Shown here piece by piece: positions 25,623-36,103 of a DNA stretch of 44,816 nt. This DNA comes from Clostridia bacterium (GTDB lineage Bacteria; Bacillota; Clostridia; Oscillospirales; Acutalibacteraceae), in assembly GCA_017935165.1 (NCBI GenBank), contig JAGBID010000179.1, positions 1-44,816 of the forward strand. Reading direction: 5' to 3'. The translations under genes and the position numbers were made by a program. The notes under the pieces were generated by a model that was not told where the DNA came from, made no database searches, and was given only the letters and a program-made list of their open reading frames with translations. Each line of letters begins with the position of its first letter. The first letter of the stretch is position 1.

Positions 25623-26653
25623 AAATGAAAGAAGTAAAATTAAGCCTTCAAAGAGTAAAAGAGATTACAGAGCTTATAAAAAAGGTAAAAATCTGTGTTA
25701 TCGGCGATGTTTGCCTTGATATTTACTGGCGTGCGGATATGAAGAAAAGTAAGCTTTCAAGAGAAACACCTCACTACCCTCTGCCCGTTGTAAGCGAAAC
25801 TTATTCCCCCGGCGGCTGCGGAAACGTTATCAATAACGTAAACGACTTGGGTATAGAAAAGCTTATTTCAATATCTGCAATTGCTGAAGATTGGCGCGGT
25901 TTCCTTTTGACAAAATATTTTAAGGAAAAGGGAATTGAAACCGATAACCTGATAATCAGAAAGGAAGGACTAACTCCTTGCTACTGCAAGCCTTTAAGGA
26001 TGGGAATTTCCGATGTAATTTACGAGGACCCCAGGCTTGACTTCGAAAACTTTGAAGCAATTGACGAAGAAACAGAGAACAAAATAATAGCTGCCATAAA
26101 AAAGGCTTCCGAAGAATGTGACCTTATAGCGGTTTCCGACCAGTTTATGTGCGGTATTATCACTCCGAAAATAAGGAATTACCTCTCATCAATTGCAACA
26201 AAAATACCGGTTATAGTTGACAGCCGCGAAAGGATAAATGAATACAGCGGCGTTATAGTTAAACCAAACGAGCTTGAAGCTGCTTTTGCTTTAGGCGAGG
26301 ATATTAAAGGTAAAAGCCTCAGCTTAGAGGAATTTACAACCCTTGCAAAAAGGCTTTACGAGAAAAACAACAGCCCCGTAGCTGTGACCCTTGGTGATAA
26401 AGGTGCCTTGTGGCAGGATGAAAAGGGTTTAGTTTACGCACCCACCGTTAAAGCAAAAGGTGAAATTGATATTGTAGGCCCAGGCGATACCTTCCTTTCA
26501 GCTTTTTCCTGCGCTTATGCAGCAACAAAAAACGGCGGCGAGGCTTTAGCCTTTGCAAACTTAGCTTCAGGCGTAACCGTTAAAAAAATAGGTACTACAG
26601 GCACAGCCACCCCTGAGGAAATAATAAACAAATGGGAGGAATATTATCTATGA
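25619..26653 (+). CDS. PfkB-family sugar(-phosphate) kinase resembling the heptose-7-phosphate kinase domain of HldE/RfaE
   Basis: VIGDVCLDIYW......SRETPHYPLPVV......GGCGNV matches the RfaE domain I pattern GDxxLDxYw...isPEaPvPVv...GGAaNV. C-terminal DIVGPGDTF is the PfkB signature. ATGA overlaps occur at both ends. Confidence 0.7.
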   Translation: MKMKEVKLSLQRVKEITELIKKVKICVIGDVCLDIYWRADMKKSKLSRETPHYPLPVVSETYSPGGCGNVINNVNDLGIEKLISISAIAEDWRGFLLTKYFKEKGIETDNLIIRKEGLTPCYCKPLRMGISDVIYEDPRLDFENFEAIDEETENKIIAAIKKASEECDLIAVSDQFMCGIITPKIRNYLSSIATKIPVIVDSRERINEYSGVIVKPNELEAAFALGEDIKGKSLSLEEFTTLAKRLYEKNNSPVAVTLGDKGALWQDEKGLVYAPTVKAKGEIDIVGPGDTFLSAFSCAYAATKNGGEALAFANLASGVTVKKIGTTGTATPEEIINKWEEYYL

Positions 26654-27462
26654 AGGATATTGAGCTTATAACAAACCGCCTCCCAAAAGGCAGAATAAAA
26701 GCCGCTGTATTTGACTTTGACGGCACCTTCTCCACCCTTCGCTGCGGCTGGGAAAGGGTTATGAAGCCTTTGATGTTAGAATCCATTTCAGGCGGCAAAA
26801 AGGATGCTTACCCACCTGAGCTTGAAGAAAAAGTGGATAAATATATAGATGCCTCTACGGGCATTCAGACGGTTTACCAGATGCAATGGCTTAAGGAGGA
26901 AACAGAAAAAGCAGGCTTCGGAAGCGAAGAAAAGGACGCCTGGTACTATAAGGATGAATACAACCGCCGCCTGATGGAGGAAATCAAGGGCAGAATAAAA
27001 AGCCTTGAAACAAAGGAAAAATCTCCTGATGACTTCCTTATTAAAGGCGCTAAGGAATTTTTAAAAATGCTTATAGACTCAGGTATTGAAGTTTACTTAG
27101 CAAGCGGCACCGACCACAAGGACGTTGTAAAGGAAGCCTCCGCCTTAGGTGTAGCCGATAAATTTACTGAAATAAAAGGTGCTCCCGAAAGGAAAGCTGC
27201 CTGCTCCAAGGAAGCTGTAATCAAAATGATTTTAGAGGAAAAGAACCTTCCCGGTGAAGCTTTACTTTTAGTTGGCGACGGTAAGGTGGAAATTGCTTTA
27301 GGAAAAGAGTGCGGCGCTTTCACAATTGGCGCTGCAACCGACGAAGAGCACCTGGAAGGCTTAAACCCCGTTAAACGCGAAAGACTTATTAAAGCCGGTG
27401 CCGATATAATAATAGGTGATTTTCAGAATTTAACAGCCCTTAAAAACTGGCTGGGAATTTAA
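26650..27462 (+). CDS. HAD-superfamily hydrolase (phosphatase-like)
   Basis: Motif I is FDFDGTF. The late motif is VGDG. The ATG at 26650 (gggagg RBS) overlaps the kinase TGA. Confidence 0.65.
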   Translation: MKDIELITNRLPKGRIKAAVFDFDGTFSTLRCGWERVMKPLMLESISGGKKDAYPPELEEKVDKYIDASTGIQTVYQMQWLKEETEKAGFGSEEKDAWYYKDEYNRRLMEEIKGRIKSLETKEKSPDDFLIKGAKEFLKMLIDSGIEVYLASGTDHKDVVKEASALGVADKFTEIKGAPERKAACSKEAVIKMILEEKNLPGEALLLVGDGKVEIALGKECGAFTIGAATDEEHLEGLNPVKRERLIKAGADIIIGDFQNLTALKNWLGI

Positions 27463-27478
27463 AAAAGAAAGGAAGTTT

Positions 27479-30400
27479 ATGTTTATGCAGTACACAAGCC
27501 GAATTATTTTCACAAATAAAATGCAGATGCTTGAGCCCTACGTTTACACGCAGAAAAAGAATATCGATACTTTCCTTACAAGAGAATACAATTACGAGGA
27601 AGCAATAAAGTTCACTCCCATTGACGAAGAGTGGAAGGAAATTAAAATAGGCGACCATTGGAATTCCACCTTCGATAAAACAAGATTTTTTAAAACTACT
27701 GTCACAATCCCTGCGGAGTATGAAGGCAAGCAGGCTGTTTTGGTTCTTGATTTAGGCGGTGAAGGTCAGGTAAGAATTAACGGCGAGATTATTTCAGGTG
27801 TTACCTCCTATAAGGATGCCTCCTACTTAACACCTCGCCTTCGTTCACGCGTATATATTCCCGAAAAATATAAAGCGGGTGATACACTTGATATTGAAGC
27901 GGAATGCTGCTTTAACTTCCTTGAATCCGGCTATACAATCAACCTTCCCGGGCAGCACACCATGGTGGAATATACAGTAAGAACCGCTTTCCTTGCTGCT
28001 GTAGATCCTATGGTTGAAGATTATTACTTCGATTTAAGAAATGCAGTTGAAGCTATGGACACCTTCCATAACCCCTTTGACACTTTGGAGGAATCAAACG
28101 CACGAATTCATAACAGTACTGTGGGAAAAATAATAAGGGCAAGCAATCAGGACAGCTACCTTCACAGCAAGCTTTTCAGGGTTATTATGGAGTCCGTAAG
28201 CCTTCTTGAGTTTGAATTTGACGAAGAAACCTTAAAAGCCTCCGTGCCAAAAGCAAAAGAAGCCCTTAAAAAAGGACTTGAAGCTATTCCTCACAAGGCT
28301 TCTGCCATGGTTAAATTTGTAGGTCAAAGTCACATCGATACCGCTTGGCTGTGGCCTTTAAAGGAGACCGTAAGAAAATGCGGCAAAACCTTCTCCAACG
28401 TTATTGCATTAATGGAAAAGTACCCCGAATTTATATTTGCTTTCAGCCAGCCACAGCTTTTTGCATATCTTGAAGAATTCTACCCCGACCTTTTTGAGCA
28501 AGTAAAAGCACGTGTTGAGGAAGGCAGAATTGAGCTTGTTGGCAACGCCTGGGTCGAAATGGACACAAACGTTCCTTCAGGTGAAAGCTTGGTAAGGCAG
28601 CTTTTATACGGCAGAAATTATTATCTTGAAAAATTCGGCAAGGAGAGTAAAGTTTTCTGGATGCCCGACGTATTCGGTTACACATGGGCACTCCCCCAGA
28701 TCATGAAGCGTTCAGGCGTGGATTACTTCTTTACCTCCAAGCTTGTTAACAACGATACCAATAGCTTCCCCCACTCTCTTTTCAAGTGGAAGGGTACTGA
28801 CGGCACCGAAATTCTCTCCTACTTACAGCGCCTTAGTTATAATGGCGACCTTTCAGCAGGTACACTCTCCGAGATTTATAACCTCTTTTCCGAAAAGGAC
28901 GTATGCGACACCTTGCTTATGACAATAGGCTACGGTGACGGCGGCGGCGGTCCCAGCTACCAGATGCTCGAAAAAGCAAAAAGACTTAAGGATTTCCCCG
29001 GCCTACCCAAGTCCGAATTTGCTACAGCCGAGTCCTTCTTTAAGGAAGCTGAGAAATGTGAAAAGGACTTAGAGGTCTGGAACGATGAAATGTACTACGA
29101 ATTCCACCGCGGCACCTATACCTCTCAGGCAAACGTCAAGAAAAACAACCGCAAAGGTGAATTATTCTTAAGAAAAACTGAAATAGCCTGTACTATGGCT
29201 AAGATTTTGCTTAATAAAGAGTACCCCGCTAAGGAAATCGGCGACGTTTGGAAGAAGCTTTTAACAAACCAGTTCCACGATATCCTCCCCGGCTCTTCCA
29301 TAAATCAGGTTTATAAGGACTGCGAAAAAATTTATGCAGATATATTTGCTTCTGCAGGTAAAATTTACGATGAAGCTATAGAAGCTTTAAACAGCGCTTT
29401 GGGTCTTAAGGAAAATCAGGTTGCTGTTTGGAACTTCCTTGGTACCGAAAACAGCGGCAGCGTATGTGTAAGCTTCCCCGGCGACTACACATATCTTGAG
29501 GATAGCTGCGGTAATAAAGTTAAGTGCGACGTAATAAATACCGACTGCTGCAGTGAATTCCTTTTCACAGCCGAAAACATCCCCGCTATGGGTGTTAAAA
29601 TCTATACCGCTAAGCGTGAAGCCGCACCTACTTACTCAGGCAATGCCACAAAGAATCTTCTTGAAAACGCTTACTTAAAGCTTACATTGGATGACGACGG
29701 CAATATTTTATCTCTCTACGATAAAAAGGCTGAGCGCGAAGTGTTCACAAGCGAGAAAGTTTCCAATCTCCTTACAATCTTCGAGGATATCCCCCACCGC
29801 GAGTCCGCCTGGAATATTGATATGTAGTATAAGAACAAGTACTGGGAGCTTATTAAATCCGAGTCAAGCCTGCTTTTAGAGGATAACGAAGTAAGAAGTG
29901 TGGTAAGAACAGTTAAGAAATTCAATAAATCCACAATCACTCAGGATATTATCCTTGAAAAAGATGCAAAAAGAGTGGACTTTGTAACTCACGTTGATTG
30001 GTACGAGACACAGAGAATGCTTAAAGCCGCTTTCTACACGGACATTCTCTCCCCCAAGGCAACCTACGAGATTCAGTTTGGCTCTATCGAGCGTCCCACC
30101 CACTATAACACAAGCTATGACAGAGCAAAGTTCGAGGTTTGCGGACACAAATGGGCTGACCTCAGCGAGGGCTTATACGGCGTAAGTATTTTAAACGACT
30201 GCAAATACGGCTATGATATTAAGGATAACTGTATGCGCCTGACTTTACTTCGCGCTCCTAACTTCCCTGACCCCGTTGGCGACAAGGGTGTCCACGATTT
30301 CGTATACTCCATTTATCCTCACGAAAACGATTGGCGCCTTGGCGGTACAGTTAAGGAGGCTTACAAGTTAAACGTACCTATGGAAGCACACAGAGGCTTG

Positions 30401-30682
30401 GGCGGTGATAAGCTTATTGATTTACAGAGCTTTGTTTCCATCAACAAGGAAAACGTAATTATCGACACTATAAAAGGCGCTGAGGATAATGACGGTATTA
30501 TTATAAGAGTTTACGAATCCCAGGGCGCAAGGGTTAAGGCTAAGCTTAATTTCAGCTTCGAGGTAAATTCCGCTACCGAAACTAACCTTATGGAGGTTAA
30601 CGAGCAGGAAATTGAAATAAAGGAAAGAAGCATTGAATTTAACATCAAGCCATACGAAATCAAAACCTTCAGAATCAAATAA
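27479..30682 (+). pseudogene. GH38 alpha-mannosidase interrupted by one in-frame TAG (29825-29827). It is either a pseudogene, a sequencing error or a read-through/recoded gene.
   Basis: N-terminal GH38 core (VGQSHIDTAWLWP, WMPDVFGY, QFHDILPGS) in ORF 27479-29827. The C-terminal GH38 region (AKFEVCGHKWADLSE, LTLLRAP) is in ORF 29900-30682, in the same frame (offset 2421 = 3 x 807). The 72 nt between them have no other stop. Confidence 0.6.
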
Positions 30683-30690
30683 ACACAAAA

Positions 30691-30715
30691 AAGCCACGGC
30701 GAAAAACCGTGGCTT
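30691..30715. terminator. Bidirectional terminator between GH38 (+) and gdhA (-)
   Basis: 9-bp G+C-rich stem aagccacgg / ccgtggctt with loop cgaaaaa and A/T tracts on both sides. Confidence 0.75.
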
Positions 30716-30736
30716 AATTTTATGTAGGTAAATCTA

Positions 30737-32077
30737 TTAAACAACACCCTGAGCGAGCATAGCTTCTGCAACCTTTTCGAAACCTGCAATGTTAGCACCT
30801 GCGCAGAGGTCGCCCTCAACACCGTACTTCTTAGCAGCATCCCAGGATGCCTTGTAGATGCCCTTCATGATCTGCTTTAACTTAGCGTCAACCTCTTCAG
30901 CTGTCCAGCTGTATCTCATGGAGTTCTGGCTCATTTCAAGACCGGAAACAGAAACACCGCCTGCGTTAACTGCCTTGGAAGGAGCAACAATAAGGCCTGC
31001 CTTCTTAAGGTAAGCAGCAGCTTCGTTAGTTGTGGGCATATTGGAAACTTCTACGTAGTACTTAGCGCCGCAAGCAACAATCTTTTCTGCCTCAGCCATA
31101 CCAACTTCGTTCTGTGTAGCACAGGGCATTACGATGTCAACCTTAACGCCCCAGGGCTTCTGACCCTCGAAGTAAGGTACACCGAACTTGTCAGCATAAT
31201 CCTTAACCTTGTCGTGGCCGCTTGCACGCATTTCAAGCATGAAGTTGATCTTTTCTTCTGTGTTGATACCGTCCTCATCATATACATAGCCGTCGGGACC
31301 GGAGATTGTAACAACCTTACCGCCAAGCTCTGTAGCCTTCTTAACAGTACCCCAAGCAACGTTACCGAAACCGGAAACTGCAAATGTCTTGCCTTCGATT
31401 GTATCGCCAAATGACTTAAGCATTTCGTCTACATAGTAAACTGCGCCGTAGCCTGTAGCTTCGGGACGGATAAGAGAACCGCCGTAAGAAAGGCCCTTAC
31501 CTGTTAAAACGCCCTCATAAACGTTCTTAAGTCTCTTATACTGACCAAACATATAACCGATTTCTCTTGCGCCTGTACCGAGGTCACCTGCGGGAACGTC
31601 AGTATCAGCACCGATATGACGGAAAAGCTCTGTCATAAAGCTCTGGCAGAAAGCCATGATCTCGCGGTCGGACTTACCTCTGGGGTCAAAGTCGGAGCCG
31701 CCCTTACCGCCGCCCATAGGAAGGCCTGTAAGAGAGTTTTTGAATGTCTGCTCAAAGCCGAGGAACTTCATAACGCTGAGGTTAACAGAGGGATGAAGTC
31801 TGATACCGCCCTTGTAAGGACCGATAGCAGAGTTAAACTGTACTCTGTAGCCGCGGTTTACCTGTACCTTACCCTGGTCGTCAACCCAAGGTACACGGAA
31901 CATAATTGTTCTTTCAGGCTCAACGATTCTTTCGATGATACCTGCTGCCTGATATTTAGGATTAGCCTCGATTACGGGTTCGAGGGATTCGAGAACCTCT
32001 GTAGCAGCCTGAATAAATTCGGGCTCGCCGGGATTTTTCTTCTTTAAAAGTTCGAGCTGTTCACTTACGTATGACAT
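30737..32077 (-). CDS. gdhA: NADP-specific glutamate dehydrogenase
   Basis: 446 aa. Hallmark motifs are GPYKGGIRLHP, KNSLTGLPMGGGKGGSDFDP, and GFGNVAWG (Rossmann). Confidence 0.95.
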   Translation of the reverse strand: MSYVSEQLELLKKKNPGEPEFIQAATEVLESLEPVIEANPKYQAAGIIERIVEPERTIMFRVPWVDDQGKVQVNRGYRVQFNSAIGPYKGGIRLHPSVNLSVMKFLGFEQTFKNSLTGLPMGGGKGGSDFDPRGKSDREIMAFCQSFMTELFRHIGADTDVPAGDLGTGAREIGYMFGQYKRLKNVYEGVLTGKGLSYGGSLIRPEATGYGAVYYVDEMLKSFGDTIEGKTFAVSGFGNVAWGTVKKATELGGKVVTISGPDGYVYDEDGINTEEKINFMLEMRASGHDKVKDYADKFGVPYFEGQKPWGVKVDIVMPCATQNEVGMAEAEKIVACGAKYYVEVSNMPTTNEAAAYLKKAGLIVAPSKAVNAGGVSVSGLEMSQNSMRYSWTAEEVDAKLKQIMKGIYKASWDAAKKYGVEGDLCAGANIAGFEKVAEAMLAQGVV

Positions 32078-32148
32078 AAGTAGATACTTCCTTTCGTGTT
32101 TTATGGCAATAGAAATAATCTATTGGGTTCAAAATGAATACGCGAATA

Positions 32149-32177
32149 ATCATAACACAAAACTTGTATTTTGGCAA
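32149..32177 (-). promoter_or_regulatory. Putative sigma-A promoter for gdhA
   Basis: On the minus strand: TTGCCA (32177-32172), a 17-nt spacer, then TATGAT (32154-32149). This leaves a leader of about 70 nt. Confidence 0.4.
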
Positions 32178-32340
32178 GATAAACTGTAAAAAAAATTAAA
32201 GATTTTTGCAATTTTTTGTTTTGCAAATTGCATTTTTATCAAATTTAACAGTTGTTTACGGCTTTTAAAAGGCATTTTATGAAACAATGACAATTTTTCC
32301 TTCGTTAAGATTTTATCAATCAAACCAATTTATAAAAAAT

Positions 32341-32374
32341 GGCAGGAGCATACTTCATTAAGTATACGCCTGCC
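32341..32374 (-). terminator. Rho-independent terminator after the ABC exporter pair
   Basis: Stem ggcaggagcatact / agtatacgcctgcc with two mismatches. It is followed on the minus strand by a TTTTTT run. Confidence 0.6.
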
Positions 32375-32435
32375 TTTTAATTTCTATGAAGGAATTTATT
32401 TTAAATATCTTGCTTTTAAGTCCTGCAAATTACAA

Positions 32436-34241
32436 TCACTCGGTTTCGCCGAAATAAAGCCTTTCCTGAGCTTTATACATCTCAGAATACTTACCGTTTC
32501 TGCCGTAAAGCTCCTGGTGAGTGCCCACTTCGACCACCTTGCCCTTATCCATACAGATAATCTTATCGCAAATCTTAACGGATGAAAGGCGGTGGGAAGT
32601 AAATATTACGGTCTCGCCCTTAGTGTTTTCCGCAATCAGCTTGTAGAATAAGGTCTCCTGCTTAATATCCATAGCGGAGGTAGGTTCATCGAAAATATAA
32701 AGGTCGTGATTTTCATAGAAGCAACGGGATAAAGCAAGCCTTTGCTTTTCACCGCCTGAGAAATCCGTACCGTTTTTATCGAATTCCTTTGTAAGCTGAT
32801 CTTTCATATCAGCGCCGGTCTTTGTCAGTACACTGTAAAAGCCTGTTAAAAGCATTGCTTTTTTAACCTTTTCAGGGTCGGCAGCTTTATCCATTGAGGT
32901 ATTTTTCTCAATGCTTGTAGCATACATCTGAAAATCCTGCAACAGCACACCGAAATGCTTTCTGTAAGAATCGAGATTTATGTCCCTTATATCCTTGCCG
33001 TTTAGCTTAATGCTGCCGTTTTCAGCCTCGTAGAGCCTTAAAATCACGTTAATAAGGGTGGATTTACCTGAGCCGTTCTCACCAACTATAGCAATTTTCT
33101 CGCCCTTTTTAATGTGAAGATCGATATCACTTAAGCCGAAATCGCTGTGAGGGTAAGCAAAGCTGAGGTTTTCGATTGTTAAATCCTCAAATTCGCCTTC
33201 AATATCCCCCTTATACTTACTTGACTCATAAATTTTAGAGGGTATTTTCATAAATTTATTATACCTCTCAATAAATAAGCCGTTCTGCATAAAGTCTGCA
33301 TACCTTCTTATCATAAATTCCAAATCGCCTGAAATACGGAAAGCAGCGTTTACAAGTCCGATAAATGAGCTGACGGGCAGGTTATGAAGAATGGAAATTC
33401 TGATAACCAAATAAACTGTCAAAAGGAAGTCAAGAACAAAGCCGTAAGCCACGCTGTCGTTAACAAAATCCAAGAATGCTTTTTTCTTATTGATCTCATC
33501 TACCGCCTTATCCTTATCAATTCTGTTCTTTTCAAGGTGAAGCTTAATAAGGCTTAAAAGCCCTGTAAGTCTTAACTCCTTGCTATACTCAGGAAGGTAA
33601 ACGACTCTCTTTAAGAATTTATCCTCTTTATTAAGAATCTGAATTCTGTCGTCGTACTTTACGCCAAGCTTAGCTATCTTCTTAGTAAGGAAGAAGGAAA
33701 TAACAACGGATAAAAGGCAGACGAATATCATAAGGAAGTCCATCGAAAGTACAAGACCTAAAACAGCGACTATCTCTACAATGGCACCGATAATGTAAAA
33801 CACATTATCCATTACCTTTAAGATTCTCTCGCTTGCTTCAGCACTTGCCAAAGTGATACTATCGTAAAGCTCCTTTTCGCCGTGGGAGATATAGTCGATA
33901 TTTTTAATACTATCGAAAACTTCCATCTGAAGCTTTTCGCTTAAGCGCTCGTTCTTTATTCTGAAATATGTTTTATCCAGTATGTGCTGTAAAATATAGG
34001 TTAAAACTATAACTGTAAAAGAAACAATAAGGAAGTTTATGATTTTTAAGGGCTCGGTATTTTCTTCAAACTGCTTTAAAACGTATTGCATTAAAAATAC
34101 CCATAAAAACGCACCTCTTAAATCAAGCATTATCTGGTATAAAAGCTTTGTAACAAAGTAAACGGGCTCAAATTTGAAAGCTTTCTTTAAGAAATAGAAG
34201 TTATTTTTAAATATAAGCTTGGTGTTTTTCTCCTTATTCAT
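32436..34241 (-). CDS. ABC transporter permease/ATP-binding protein (type I exporter half-transporter)
   Basis: N-terminal six-TM domain. Walker A GENGSGKST, signature FSGGEKQRL, Walker B LYIFDEPTSAMD. It overlaps the upstream partner by 8 nt. Confidence 0.9.
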   Translation of the reverse strand: MNKEKNTKLIFKNNFYFLKKAFKFEPVYFVTKLLYQIMLDLRGAFLWVFLMQYVLKQFEENTEPLKIINFLIVSFTVIVLTYILQHILDKTYFRIKNERLSEKLQMEVFDSIKNIDYISHGEKELYDSITLASAEASERILKVMDNVFYIIGAIVEIVAVLGLVLSMDFLMIFVCLLSVVISFFLTKKIAKLGVKYDDRIQILNKEDKFLKRVVYLPEYSKELRLTGLLSLIKLHLEKNRIDKDKAVDEINKKKAFLDFVNDSVAYGFVLDFLLTVYLVIRISILHNLPVSSFIGLVNAAFRISGDLEFMIRRYADFMQNGLFIERYNKFMKIPSKIYESSKYKGDIEGEFEDLTIENLSFAYPHSDFGLSDIDLHIKKGEKIAIVGENGSGKSTLINVILRLYEAENGSIKLNGKDIRDINLDSYRKHFGVLLQDFQMYATSIEKNTSMDKAADPEKVKKAMLLTGFYSVLTKTGADMKDQLTKEFDKNGTDFSGGEKQRLALSRCFYENHDLYIFDEPTSAMDIKQETLFYKLIAENTKGETVIFTSHRLSSVKICDKIICMDKGKVVEVGTHQELYGRNGKYSEMYKAQERLYFGETE

Positions 34242-36012
34242 TTACTTCGCCCCCTTCCGCAGCTACTTCGCTTCTTGCATATTGGGAGCTTTGTAAATTA
34301 AAGAGCTGAGCGTATCCGCCGCCTTTTTCTATAAGCTCTTTGTGGGTGCCCTGCTCACTTATTCTTCCTTTTTCAAGGAAGATAATTTTCTCGGCAAATG
34401 AAGTGGAGCAAAGCTTGTGAGAAATAAAAAGGACTGTTTCATCCTTAAATTTCTCGCCTATAAGCTTATAAAGCCTTTCCTCGTTAATCGGGTCTAAGGC
34501 AGAGGTTGGCTCATCAAGAATTACGAAGGAGCTTTTTGATGTAAGCACACGTAAAAATGCAAGCCTTTGATTCTGACCGCCTGAAAGGTTGTAGCCTTCT
34601 TCGTCGAATTCCCTTGTCATACCGCGGTCAAGTTCCTTTATTTTCTCGGAAAGTCCTAAAAGCTTTAAGCCCTCCTCTATCTCACTGTCACTGCCATTTA
34701 AATCCATTAAAGCATTCTCCCTGACAGTGAAGGGGTAGATATTATAGTCCTGAAAAAGTGAAACAAAAAATTTATTTCTCTCCTCAGTATCTATGTCGGT
34801 TACGTCGGCGCCGTTTAGCTTTATACTTCCCGATGTCGGCTTATAAAGGCCCAAAATAAGGTTAACGAGGGTAGTTTTACCTGCGCCGTTTTCGCCTACT
34901 ATAGCGATTTTCTCGCCCTTTTTAATACATAAACTGATTCCGTCAATTATGTTTTTACTGTTTTCGTCATAAGAAAACTGAACATCATTAAGGGTGATTT
35001 CAAATTCCTCCTTATTAATATCCTTTGTTTTTCCTTCTTCAAAATCACAGCTTATAAACTGACGGAATTCCTTAACGTGGGGCACAGCCTCCATAGCGTT
35101 ACGGATGTTTTCGCCTGCCCATTGAATGTCCCAGGCAAAATAGGTTATGGAATTATAGATACCTAAAAAGTCGCCGTAGCGGTACTTTGTACCGAAAATA
35201 ATTCTTATAAGCATATAGATGAAGGCAGCAAACATATTAAAGCCATCTTCAAAAATTGAAATCAATGTACTTATTACGGCAAGCTTTGTACCTATCTTCT
35301 TATGCTTTTCAATATGCTCCTTGGTGCCCTCGCTATATATCCTCTTAACCTCCTCGGAAACAGAGCTTAGCTTAATCTCCTTGCTGTATTCGGGAAGGTA
35401 GAAAATTCTTTTAGCGTAGTCCTTTTTTCTTATGGGCATGGTAGTTTCTTCCTTAAGCTTAAAATTCAGCTTGGAAGAAATTTTGCCGAATATAAGGGAG
35501 GTTACAACGGGAACAAATGAAATAAGAAGTGCGTAAGGGTCAACCGTGAAAACGTAGGCGCTTATCATAGCTACGTCCACAATTACGGACACAGCGTGAG
35601 CTATAGCGTTAGAGGTTTTCATCAGGTTTTCCGATGTGTTTTGTGAAATTCTTGAAGCCTTGTCCAGGGTTTCAGGCTTATTGAACTCCTTAAAGGGAAT
35701 TTTCCTTGCTGTTTCGGCTATATCGGTAAGCACCTGCTCGTTTACTTTGTTCGTCATTTTGTCGTTAAAAACGTTAAACAAGCACCTTTGTGCATACCAG
35801 TAAGCAGTTTCGATAACTATTAAAATCACAGCAACCGAAAAAGAAGCCCAGAAGGACGCCCCTGCTTCAAGATTGTAGAGAATGATTCTCAGAAAATAAA
35901 CTCCGTAGAATGCATTGAAAAAGGAGCCAAATGCTTTGATCAAGATGGAAAAGATAAGTATTTTAGGTGAAATTTTGTTTAAATACTTAATTCCGAAGAG
36001 TAGTTCTTTCAT
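34234..36012 (-). CDS. ABC transporter permease/ATP-binding protein (heterodimer partner)
   Basis: Six-TM domain. Walker A GENGAGKTT, signature LSGGQNQRL, Walker B FVILDEPTSALD. Confidence 0.9.
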   Translation of the reverse strand: MKELLFGIKYLNKISPKILIFSILIKAFGSFFNAFYGVYFLRIILYNLEAGASFWASFSVAVILIVIETAYWYAQRCLFNVFNDKMTNKVNEQVLTDIAETARKIPFKEFNKPETLDKASRISQNTSENLMKTSNAIAHAVSVIVDVAMISAYVFTVDPYALLISFVPVVTSLIFGKISSKLNFKLKEETTMPIRKKDYAKRIFYLPEYSKEIKLSSVSEEVKRIYSEGTKEHIEKHKKIGTKLAVISTLISIFEDGFNMFAAFIYMLIRIIFGTKYRYGDFLGIYNSITYFAWDIQWAGENIRNAMEAVPHVKEFRQFISCDFEEGKTKDINKEEFEITLNDVQFSYDENSKNIIDGISLCIKKGEKIAIVGENGAGKTTLVNLILGLYKPTSGSIKLNGADVTDIDTEERNKFFVSLFQDYNIYPFTVRENALMDLNGSDSEIEEGLKLLGLSEKIKELDRGMTREFDEEGYNLSGGQNQRLAFLRVLTSKSSFVILDEPTSALDPINEERLYKLIGEKFKDETVLFISHKLCSTSFAEKIIFLEKGRISEQGTHKELIEKGGGYAQLFNLQSSQYARSEVAAEGGEVNE

Positions 36013-36103
36013 TTTCTTATTAAGTTATGTGATCCTTGGAAATATGCCTTTTCCTTGAGGGTAACTATCTTAAGAAGTACATACTTTTTAGGAAAACAAA
36101 AGA

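Noticed and set aside
29825-29827. Pyrrolysine insertion at the GH38 TAG
   Set aside because: Pyl is known almost exclusively in methylamine methyltransferases. No pyl genes or PYLIS-like context are visible in the window. It is retained only as a low-probability alternative under the stop-codon finding.
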